Part shown: positions 48,301 through 60,300 of the stretch, one piece after another
Position numbering within the stretch: position 1 is the first letter of the stretch
How the letters are laid out: the number at the start of each line of letters is the position of its first letter
Assembly: GCA_964188305.1 (NCBI GenBank)
Contig: OZ076886.1
Direction: 5' to 3' (one strand)
DNA: 64,000 nt
DNA from: Podarcis bocagei
Taxonomy: Eukaryota
Program-made: the position numbers and the translations under genes
Notes under the pieces: generated by a model
The model's database searches: none
The model's input: only the letters and a program-made list of their open reading frames with translations
What the model was told of the DNA's origin: nothing

Positions 48301-51300
48301 GCTGCATACAGTGATTACGTGATAAGCGGGGGCCTTTAAAAAGAAAAGCAGAAATATCACCAAACTTCTCTTAGTTATCAGACAAGCGGCAATCTTACCT
48401 GGCTACCAGGAAGCAACGCGTGCTGATACAAGGAGAACCTGTCTTTTGCAGACTCCTCTGATGTTGGGCTGATGGGCTTGGGGTCAGATAAGGACCGCTG
48501 CATGGTTTTGATGGGGCGAGGTAGGGTCTGCTGGCGCTGGGTGGTGTCAGCTGTGAAGTGCTTCTGCGGGGTCACGTGGGCCTTGTTGAGCCTCTCGCTG
48601 GTTGTGAAGGAAGACTCTAGCAGCCGATGTGGGGACAGGGGCGAGACTGGGGAGTAGAGCACTTGGGGGGACTTGGGAGGCTGACGGGACACCAGCTGAG
48701 ACAAGGAATCTGTCGGCAGGTGGGATTGGTAGCCAATTTCAAGTGGGTCGGGCTTCTTCTTCCCCAAGGCCTGCTGTCGGACCGAATGGGGATCCAGGGG
48801 GCCTGTGCTTACGATCTGGATGTTGGAGGAGTAAGGCGTAATCGTCGTAGGCACAGTGAGCTGGGGGATCACGATGCCTGGCTGTGGCTGCGCTTCCGGC
48901 TCCGTCTGGCAAGCCAGGCTCTCTCCTCGCTGGGTCTTCTCAGGGGCAGAGATGTATTTCACGATCTCCACCTTGGGGTCAGGGGTGGTGATGTGGATGG
49001 AAGGGGACACTCGGTGGAGCTGGTCAGGTTCAGTTTGCACAGAGCAGTGGCTGATGGTCTGGATCGCTATGCTAGCCGTGCCTTTGGCTGAAGAGTCTGG
49101 CTTGCTTTCTGCGTTGGAGTCTGAGTGCCGCGAAAAGCGGGAGCGCCGGCGCCGCACGGGCTGCTCCCACTCGCCATTGTCTTCCTCGTCCGTCTGCACA
49201 CTACAGTCGGTGCTGCGCCGGGTCCGCCGGCGGCGGGATGCATAGAAGCGCTCCTCCCCATCTTCCTCATCCGTCTGCACACTGCTGTCTGTGATCTTCT
49301 TCACGGCAACATATGGCTCGTGGCCTGGCTCCTTGTCATAAGCATCCCGGAGGCGCGGCATGGAGTTCCTCTTCTTGATCCCCCGACCAGCTTCCCACTG
49401 GTCTTCCGTCTGCAGGGACATTTCAGAGGCTGAGTTGGTGAGAGGCCTCTGGAGTCCAGGGTAGCGAGGCTGCCCTTGCCCGTCTTGCCCTGGGGCCGCA
49501 GTAGCTATAAATGCTTGGTTCATGGGTGGCCAGTATTGCCCATTTTGAGCAAGGGTCCGCTGCATTTCTATGGTGATCTCTGACGCGGCCTGGGGAGGGA
49601 GCCTACCCGATGGGTCACATACGGGAGGGAAGGTGCTCTTCTGCCTCTTCTGCTCCTCCAGTTGGTGCTGCAGTTGCTGCTGCAATTGTTGGATCTGCTC
49701 CAGCTGCAAGCGCTGCTGGGCCAGCTGCTCCCGCTGCAGCACAAACTGGACTTGGCGCTCCTCCTGCTGCTGTTGCAGGACCTGGTGCTTTATGGATTGC
49801 AGCTCCTGGATCTCCCTGTGCATCAGCAGCTGCTCCTTCTCTCTGTGCCTCTGCAACTCCACTCGCTCCCGCTCCAGCTCCTCGTGCAGCCTCATCTGCC
49901 TCAGTTTCTCCAGCTCGACTCTCTCCCTCTCAATCTGGAGGATGTGCTCCTGCTGCTTCCTCTGCCTCTCTTCCTCCTTCTCCTTTTCTTCCCTTTCTGT
50001 GGCTGCTTTGCTGGCAATGCTGGGCTGGGTAGCTTCAGCCTGTTTCTGGGTTGGTGGTGGTGGTGGTGGTGGTGGAGGCGGCGGTGGCGGTGGCTGCTGC
50101 TGCTGCTGCTGTCCTTGGCTGGCATCCCTGACAGTACTCTGCACCCCAGAAGTCACTGCAGCAGCCTCCTCTCGGGTGCCTTTCTGCTCAGGCCTTTGCA
50201 AGGGGACAGCAGTCGGAGCCGAGGGCTTGGAAACTGGTGCTGGGCTTACGCTACTGGCAGCAGTGCTAGCTGCAGTGGTGCTAACAGGCTTCCCCAAATA
50301 CATTGGTGTTTCCATTACTGAAGATGTGGGAGCTGCTGGGAGTCTGCTGGGCACTGGATAACGGTACAGACCTTGGGATGCAAGGGGGATCCTGGGAGCA
50401 ACTAGAGGCACTCTGGTCAAGCTGGCCAGAGGGACAGCTGTGATACTGCCTGGGGCATAGGGTCTATATAGGCCTCGGAGCATGGGGCGCAGCACAGAAG
50501 CTGGCTGGGTAGTGATGGGGAGAGTTGATGCGATTGGTGTGTTGATGGTTGAATAAATCATGCCATCAGCAGCTCGGACGGTGGCCGTGGAAGGGAGTCC
50601 CTGTCTGACAGCTCCAAGTCTGGAGAGGTTGTACTGGGCTAGGTTTCCATAGCCTTGGCCAGACTCTGGGAAATTTGGCTTGTACATCATGTTTGATTTC
50701 ATGGCACCCTGCTGGGCCGAGATGCCTCCGCCCCCTCCTGGCCCATACTGTCCATATTGGAGAAGATCTGAGCTGTTCGTATGCCGGCCACCGTACTGGT
50801 CCATAGAGTTGAGTGCTGCACACATTCGGCTGATTTCGCGAGCTGTCGTGGCGCTATAATGAGCCAGGCTGGCTTCCTGGAAATTTGCCAGGTCCCCTCT
50901 TAGCGAATACCTGTAGTCAGAGTAGATATTGGAGGCCGAGCTATATCTCCGCATTGGGTAGGAATGGCTCAGCAAGTCACTGGCCTGCCTGAGGTCAGAG
51001 AAAGAGCCGTACTGCATTCCGTGCCCCATGTAGCCTCCCTCGGTGAAGCTGTGGCTGTACGGAGGTTTCATGGTGGTCAGATCCACAGCGGAATCCCCAG
51101 GAGGGGCGTTGAAGGGCTGCCCTCCCTTAACTGGGTAATAGTTCAAGCCCATTTCAGAAAGGTTTGTATCTGACATTGAGGAATACAGTCTCCCAAACAG
51201 GCCATGATGGTAGAACCTGTGCTCCTCGTACGGATTAGGCCCTGGTGCTGCTTGTTCTCGATAAGGATATGCCTCTGCCACCTCCTGTTCTCTGCTGCCA

Positions 51301-54300
51301 TAGTACTGGCCACTAGGTTTGTCAGCGCTTCCTGCATCCCCAACATTTTTCTCTGGCACCTTGGAAGAAGGGTTAAAAGCCCCAGTGCAGCTGCCTCCAA
51401 AGGGAAATTTGTACACTACGTCACAGCATGCTACTTGACTTTCAGGCTTCATCCCTGTGAGATCCAAGGCATTGGAAGGAGGTTCCTCTTTGATGAGTTT
51501 GGTGACAGGGCCTGTTGCAATATCATCCATCTGCACCATCATAACCTGGGATTTCTTAGTCCCAATGGTGACTGGGGGTGTCTGAGTTTTCAGTTCCACT
51601 GGGATCCCTCTATACACCTCAGAACTTTGGTCCTGAGGAAATGGTCTGGGAATGGCATTCACAATATTCTGTGCATTGTTGGTCTGAGTGATCAGGGCAT
51701 CTTTTTTCATCAAGGATGTCATCTGGTTGGGCAAATTGTATCTTGCAAATTTCGCTTGCTGGGGACCTGCAGCTTCCGGACGGCCTGCAGAAGCAGAAAT
51801 TCCAGTGCCGCTTGCAACTCCTCTGAAGGTACCAGTCTGAACTGCTTGTTCTACCTGCTTAATGTGTGTCAGGCAGACAGGACTCCCCGTCCCTTGACCA
51901 AAGTCCACTCTGTTCTGGAAAGGGTCTCCATAGACCGCAGGATGCTTTGGCTGAGACACAAGCATGGAAGATGCAACAGTGATGCTGACTGTGGTGGCTG
52001 TGCTTATGATAGCATGGGGCTGTTCCTGGGCATTAAGGTTGATAATTAAGGGTTGGATGGTGCTAGACTGCCGACTTGGTGACTGGTCCATAGTGAGGCA
52101 GTATTTTCTGCTCTCCGTAGCTAGGGATGTGAGATCCATCCCTTGGTCTGTTATAATGATTGGAGCTGACTTTATTGCAGTCCGCAGGTCCACAATATTA
52201 CTACCAACTGCTCTGGGTCCAGGTTCTACTCTGGATGTCCCAGGTATTGATGATATCCGACACAAAGAAATGTTCTCTGCAGGCAGTGTTCCCCAGCTAT
52301 ACACACCAGGCATGCTGTCGGCAGCAGTTGTTTGCACTTTCTGCATTGCAGCACTAGGAGCAGAGGCTCTTTCGAAAGCTGATTGGGTCTTTGTGTAAGT
52401 GGACTGCAGCTGCTCTTGTTGGAGTTGCGCTGCATGGATTACTGTTTGACTGTAGCTATGCTGGCGGCCTTGCCGAGTTGGAGAGGAGGCTGGTGAAATG
52501 GAGGAACTTACGCCAATCGGCTTGGTCTGAATGGCTGCATCCGCTGCTAATGTGATGACCATAAAGGGAGATTCTTGTGATGATTGTTGCCGAGCAAGGC
52601 GAGGGGAACTCGATCGGTAGGGAGTTTGTGTTCCTTGAGCTACCATTGGAGAAGAGGTTGACATAGCGGTAGTCGTGGGGGCATCGTAGGCGAGAACCGG
52701 GCTATGGGTTTGGGTGGAAAACTCTGCAGTTGATTTAACCCCCATCCCTGAACTGGGTGGCACCCCAGCTCTAGGAACAGAATGAGTGGGGCTCTGAGTA
52801 GGAGAAGAAGGGGAAAGTGGTGGGCTTGAGCTTTTGAAGTAGGAATATGTTTTAGGTGTCGACATGGGTCCAGTGGACTTGTCAGTCATGCTTTGGAGTT
52901 TCTCTCTTGCTGACGGCCCACTAATCTCTGCAACGCTCCTGACCCTGGAAATATTTTCTGTTTGACAACCATAGCTGGCTGTTACTTTTGTTTGAGTATA
53001 ACTTCGGCTAGTAGTGGACACGGATGGTGCATCTGAGCCGCTCAGAGAAGTCGGAGAGCTGTAGATTCGTGGTGCACTTGCAGGACTGGAAACAACAGTG
53101 GTGACAGTGCTAGTTCCTTTAGCATATGTGTAGGGCGTTGTTACGCTCTTTGAAACTGAACTAGGTGCTGTGGGTGAGCTATGAAGCTTTGGCTGCTCCT
53201 GACTCTCCTTTGCGAAATGTTGAGTGACTCGAACATCAGGGATTATTCTGCCTGCGCTGCTTTCAGTGGAGGAAAAGGAGACAGGAGCAGACAACTGGGT
53301 TGGGCTTGTCCCAGGAGTGAGTGGGCCACTTTCATAAGCACTCTCTGCATTCAGAAACTGCTTTTCTTGATAAGCATCTTCTCGCCCTTTCTTCTTTACT
53401 TCCTGTTCAAGGGTCAAATCCAGAGAAGAGGATTGATGCATCCTAGAGATATTCTGTGATGTCTGAAGGATTTCTTCATAAACTGCCCCAGATTTGGAAA
53501 GTTCGTTCTGATAGTCTGCTTGAGAGGAGTCTAAATTCCGGCCGTCATAGCTGTAGTCATCTATGTATTGGTATTCGAAATTATTTTGGCCTTCTGAACC
53601 ACGATAGCCTACTTGCTGGAAGGTGTTACTGTAGGAGACGCTTTGCTGGGATGGTTGCTGCTTCTGAAACATTTCTGCCTTCCTCATCATCTCTTCATAA
53701 GCTTCTTCCGCACTTTTCAGGGGCTTGTTGGAGGGGTAACCAGAGCCAGCAGTTTTTTCTGTTGGAGAATAGAGGGACATAAATGTTGGGAGGTTGTACT
53801 CACTGCCAGACTTGTACAGCTTGGAGGCAATGACATCAAACCCCTCTGCCTCAGAGTCAATGGAAGGAGAATATTCTGAACAGGAAGATCTGTGCAGTTC
53901 CTCCATCTCTGCAGCCTGACGCAGTTCCTCGGTGGGTGATGCATCTTCAATGGGAGACAGATTGCTGGGTGGCGTTTTAGACCTTTCCCTCCTCCTCTGT
54001 GCCCTCAGCTCTTCTTTATCTCTCTTTGTTTTCCGAGCCGTGCTTCGGATGCGCTGCTGTTCTACTTCTCGCATTTTTTCCTGTTCTCGCAAGAGCTCCT
54101 CTTCCTCCCGCAGCTCTTCTTCCTCGGAGGAATCTTCTATGGTTGGCAGCAGAGGTCCGTGGGAGCGATGCCGGGCTTTCCTCTGCTGCTTGACCTCCTC
54201 CAGCCTCTGCCTGCGACTAGGGCTGCTATCGCTGTCCTCCTCCAGGGAAGAGATGGAGGTGGGGGAGGTTCCTGATGTGTAACTGGGTGTTGTTGCTGGC

Positions 54301-57300
54301 AAGGTGGAAGAATATTCGCCTCTTGACCTGTCTTCTGGGGATCCCGTCAGGCTTTCCATCTCCAGTTCAGGTTCTCTGTCCAGGCTGATGTCTGCCTCTT
54401 GGCTGATCTCCATGTCTCTGCCATAGTTGTTAGTGCTGTTTAATTCAATGGTTTTGAAACGCCGCAAACCTCCCTGAGATGCAGCCATGTCTTCCCCCTC
54501 AGTACTTTCCAGCTCTTTTCTTTCCTCCTCATATATGCTGCCGGAGCTGTGAGGCAGGCGTCTCTTGGATAAGGCGGCCTCCCTGCTTTTCTCCGAGTCA
54601 GGCTTGTGCCCGTTTTTTGCAACGCTATATTTTACACGATCGTATTCTTCCTCCTCCTCCAGGTTATCTTCCTCTGCGCTCATCTCCAGGAGTTGCCTTC
54701 TCATGAACTCTTCGTCAGTCATTGCAGGTTCTTTGCTTTTCTGCCTTGTTGGTACGATGGAGAACTCTCCTTCGCTGCTGTCTTCCACATAGTCGTGGCG
54801 TAGCTTGCTGCCGAAGTCATCTGAAGATTCCATGCTGTCCCTCTGCTCCTTCTGGTTCTCCCATTCTAGAGAGTCTTCATCTTCTTCCATGATATCTTCT
54901 AGCTCCTCATCAGAATCAAAGGCTTCCGGGGTGATAGAAAGGGACCGTGGCCTCTGCCTTTCCCTCTGCTCCTCTCGTAATTCGTGGTATGTTTTACCTC
55001 TGTCTGTTGGCTCCTGAGCCAGCCCCTTGGACTCCAGTAGGGGCCGCATACTGCTTTCCAGCTTAGTGAGTTCTGAAGGACTTGGAGGGCTCGGCTCTAC
55101 AATTCCAGTTTCGTTTAGTTGTTCTCCTTCTTGCTGCACTAAGCCCGTGATCTCACTCTGGGAACTGGATATGCCATCAGATGAGTAGCCAGTGTCACTC
55201 AAGCTTTGAGGGCTACGAGACAGGTCTGGTGGATAAGGCTTACTGGATTCCTACAAAAGAAGAGAAAACAAATTCCATTAGATGCCATTAAAAGAGACTT
55301 TTATGAGCACAATCCAGTTTATCACACAGGCTTGCAGAAATCCTGAGCTATAATTAACTTGGACATCATGACGGGACATAAAACCCTCAAAATTTGAAGG
55401 AAAAAAAACTACAACACAATAGCCACAATTTAGCAAGTAACAAAAGTGTTATCCCTCACTTTAAAAATAATTTTAAAAATTAAGAAGGGAAGGGCTCCTA
55501 AACTCAGGAGTCATAAGCAAGTAAAAAGGTAAAGGGACCCCTGACCATTAGGTCTAGTCGTGACCGACTCTGGGGTTGCGGCGTTCATCTCGCTTTATTG
55601 GCCGAGGGAGCCGGCGTACAGCTTCCGGGTCATATGGCCGGCATGACTAAGCCACTTCTGGCGAACCAGAGCAGCGCACGGAAACGCCGTTTACCTTCCC
55701 GCCGGAGCGGTACCTATTTATCTACTTGTACTTTGACGTGCTTTCGAAATGCTAGGTTGGCAGGAGCAGGGACCAAGCAACGGGAGCTCACCCCATCACG
55801 GGGATTCGAACTGCCGACCTTCTGAAGTACTGGTAATTTATTTTTAAGCTTGCACCCCACCCTCTCTCTCAATACTCAGATGTCAAAGAATGTAAGCAAA
55901 GCTATCAAGTTTAGAAACAAAAATCCGGCACCCTTGCAAATTAACATGAAAGAAGTATCATTGCATGATGCATTTAATTAAAAATTCCTTCTTGCCAAGT
56001 TCATGACAGTAAAGCAAGACGGACAGGACCTTTCACGCAATCCATTTACAATCTAATAAATGAACAGCTCTTAGTCATTTGTTGCAGATGTCATCCTTCC
56101 AGGAAGCACTTCTGGTTTTGAGAAACAATATATTTTCCCAGAACCCAAATTGAAACATTTTGCTGCTAGGAAAATGTGATTCCCCTCAACTCTGTGTTAA
56201 GAAAATCAGAATTATTCTGATTGCTCTGATTGTCATTCATTAACTATGATCAGGGCTTTTCCCCCCAGCCAGAACTCGCCAGAACTCAGTTCCAAAACCT
56301 CTCAGGTGGGCATGGTGAGTTCCAGCACCTCTTTTTCTAGAAAAACAGCACTGATTATGATCAATTTACATCTCTTTCTTTAAAAAAAATCTTTATTATT
56401 TCATGTTATACACTTAGATATTTCTTTAAAAATTAAATTATGTCTAAGTGTAGCCCAAGTCTTCAACATGCTAACCCTTACTGCATCTGTTTGCTTCTGA
56501 CAGGTCTGGATTTCAGCAAGTCCCTAGGAACAAACAAAACATTTGTAAAATCCAAATAGCTGGCTCTGCAGTTTTGTAAATCTGTGCTCTCTTGTTGTCA
56601 ACCCAGGGGCTAAGATGACAGTGTCTTATTGGCTGGTTCCTTTCCTTTTAAAAAGGACCATCTGGTTTGCCCAAGGCTGGTTGGCTCCAAAGTTGTATGC
56701 TCTAGCATTTTTTTTGTAGCCTGAAGTCTAGTGAAAATATAAGTGTTCCTTTTGCAATAAGAAGGAGCACAAACCTTGAAATCCTACAAGTTAAGACTGC
56801 AAGAATTACCTTGCTGGACCAGGCCAAGGTTTATCTAGTCCAGTGATATATTACCAACAACAGCCAGGAAGGCCCTCTGAAAGCTCACAAGTTAGGTATG
56901 ATTGCCTCAGCACCTGGTCCTCAGAGATACAGGACCTCTGAACATGGAGTTTCCATATAGCTATCATGGCCAACAGTTGTTAATAAGCACTATTTTCAAA
57001 ATTAATGCCTAAGTTGACTATTTTTCATGTACAAATCTGCAGATTGGTGAACATTTGTAGGGAAGTTTGGAACACCATTGTTCGTGACCCCAGCAACTAC
57101 CCACTTTGTGTGTACAGCTCTATTTCAACTTGTTCAAATATTTGCTTGGTGTGTACCTCTGAAAATGTGGGCTGGAAGATTAATTGTCAAGAATATTACT
57201 TGTAAAAAAAATCCCAAACTTGACAGCCAGCTGTCAAAAGACCATTATTCTCTGGTGTGGAAGAATGGCTATTAATGGCTATTTAAATATCTTTAATATA

Positions 57301-60300
57301 CTATAAAGTGATGTGGCACTGTTAACAACACTGTTAATTTCTTGGTGCGGCAAATAAATTAATCTGCCATTGTTGGTTCTAGTCCTGTGATTACAATTTC
57401 TGCATTTATTTCAACCGTTCTCCATAAAATAATGGGTAAAAGAGAAATTGCATTCAAAAATTTTCAGAGGAGGTTTTTTTAATTTAAAAAAAGGATGTAA
57501 TTCTCATGGATAGGGTGCAGAACATTTGGGCAATGGGGCCTTGATATAATCAGGACAGGATTTGACAATCCTGACTAACTGCAGGCAGTCTGAGGCTTCT
57601 TATGCCAAAGAATTAGAGTAATTTGGAAGCAATATACTTTTTTCAAGCAACTACAGAGTTAGGTTTTTTTTAATAGGTGTTTGGCAAAACCTGCCACAAG
57701 CCAGTCATGATCTGACACCTCCTCCCAAAAGCAAACAAAACATTTGCCCAAAGAGCTGGAAAAGTAGGCTCCTTCAAAACTAAAAATATGCATCACTCAA
57801 TATTAGCTTTCCTCTTCCTTTCACACCACCCACCTTTGCTCACTCTCTCTTAAGGGTTTCTTTGCTCATGCCTAGGATAAAATATAATGAGCCTCTTCTG
57901 CCCCAGTAATTCAGCAGCTTCCTGCAGGCTGCCAGCCTCTATAAATAGAGCAAAAGTGAGGATCCTGCTCCATATTCTGCCCTCCCCTAAAAATACTTAC
58001 CCTTCTGCTCCTTTGCAGTCTCGCTCCACCTTGTGCTCCACCCATGCAAATACCTGATGGACATTTGTCTTTGTTTGAGAAAGAAGGCATTGTGATTGTG
58101 TGGCACAAACTCCACCTCCATTCTTTTCTACAAATTCCTCACAGCAAAAATGCGTCGAAAAGGGCATTTCAGAAATGTTGCTGCAGTTCAGCTAAGCGTT
58201 ATGTTTATTCCCAGGGCTCCAGTAAAGTTTATGGTGACTGAAATCCCACATACAGCAGTGAATATTTTAAATCTTCACACAGAACTTGTGGAACTTATAA
58301 TTAGAATTTGAGATCAAGAAGGGAATTTTATTCATGCCCTGAATAGCAAGAGGCTGAAGATCTTAATTCCTGCACTTCAGATGCCAAGACCAGGTGACAA
58401 AATAACAAGAGAGGACAAAAGACCAGCTAATCAGTGTCTCTGGAGGCAGCAACCACTCTGTGGAGTTTAATTTCAGGGGCTGACAATTTTGCAGAGAAAG
58501 CCCAAGGGATTGAGGCAAGGGACAGTGGCACAAATAAAACTTTGTTTTTAATCAATACCCCAATCAAAGCATTGGCAGCAGGATTGGTATTGCATAACTG
58601 GAGATTCCCACAAAGCCCTAACCAAATTAGTGTTAAATGTCATCTAGGCTAATGCTTACTCCCTACTTGCAGTTCAGGGGGACTGAGAAGGCAGATCCTT
58701 CAGCTGTAGTAAACTGAAATTAGTCAATGTGAACAATTGATTAAAAGCAGAAGCAAAGAGAGTCTGTATAAAGAACAGCAGAAACACCAGCTTGCTGTAA
58801 AGTCCTCTGGGAAGTATCTTTGCTGTCCATCCTGGGAGGAGCCAGGAGAGGGGAAAGAGGAAACGTCAAAATGACATTTTGATGTTGAGTATTGGGGCCT
58901 TGCCCTCTGCACTCTCTCTTCCTTCTTTCCACCTTTCCGCTTCTTCTGCTAGCAAGAGCTTTTCACTTATCCCTCAAGCACTCAATTTCACCTTTGTTTT
59001 TTCTCTGGAGCATCTCACAATTAGCCTCACACTGTGCAGGTGGCACCTAACACTCCACCTCCTCTGCTCGCACTTTCATTCTCTCTGCTAAACTCTGCTA
59101 GATCTCGGTAACCCCTATTATTACCCAATAGCGAATGCTATTAAAAAGGAACAGACACTGACTTCACAGGTGCAAATGTTATTCACAGGTAGCCATTTTG
59201 ACTCCTACCGGCTTTTGCTGGATAACCCCCGCCACACACCCACACAAAAGCTGTGTTTAAAACATAAAGAGGTCTATTAGGATGCAACTACATACATATG
59301 AGTGTAACATGTAGTTTGAACCTAAGGCTGCAGAGGCATTACACTAGGGTCAGAAGGAAGGAAAAAGACTCTCTAAAAGGTCTTCTCTGTAAAACATGCC
59401 TTAAATCACTGTGCATAAACAAACACTCTTGTCTTGTCATCATTTCTGCTATTACAAACCACCCAGCAGGGTCACTGGCCTACTGTGCTTGGTCCCACAA
59501 ACAAACAGTGCTGTGATAGGTGAAACCTCTCTGTGCATAAGAGGTACACTTATGAAAGATGCTGGAGACAAATAACAAGCACCTTCATGTCCTGCTTGGT
59601 CTGATCCAGAAAGGCAGTTCTTGCATTTGGACTAAAGCATTACAACTGGAAGAAAGTTGCCAGCTAGGGTAGAGCCACTACACAAGCTTCTGGCAGGTGA
59701 CCCACTGTGGCTTATTTGGAGGCAGAGGAGGAGGCAGTGGGTAGATGCAAACACACCAGCAGGAGCAACACATTGGCTCTGCCAATGAGTTTGCACTATG
59801 CTGACCTCCCCACCATCTCAGCACCTTCATCTCCACCTCACCTGGTGATGTGCTTCTGATTACAACACAAAAGCCTATGTTGTTACAGTTACAGTGGCCT
59901 ATGTTGTTGATGTTAAAGTATAATGTCACCCAAAAATAATCATGCTTTCTCCATTAATTTATTAAGAAGACTCTTGAAATTAACTCCATACATTTTTGAA
60001 ACTAGTATATGTTCAATCCAGTTATGCTTCGAGGCATTAGTGTTTTGAAAATCCAGGGATGTTTTAAAAAATAGCAAGCAATGAAGTGGAGGAACGAATC
60101 TTGGCAAGGGGGAAAAAACCTCAAGAGAGACTTCTGCAAATATGGTGCATTTGTGCGAAGAGGCCTGTTGGATAGCAGACCATGTCTCTATCATCCCCTG
60201 CCTGACTGCAAGCTAAAAACACTTTAATAAACTGTCTCCTGTTGGCTTTTAGGTTGGGTATCAGCTACTCAAAAGAAACCTCTTATAACTAAACCATTGT

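Noticed and set aside
49570-50361. Cys/Ser-rich and Leu-rich plus-strand ORFs
   Set aside because: Antisense shadows of the CAG/GAG-rich BSN coiled coil
58788-58831. Strong acceptor followed by ATG (MDSKDTSQRTLQQAG)
   Set aside because: Only a weak GTGTTT donor and a 44-nt frameshifting length; insufficient support
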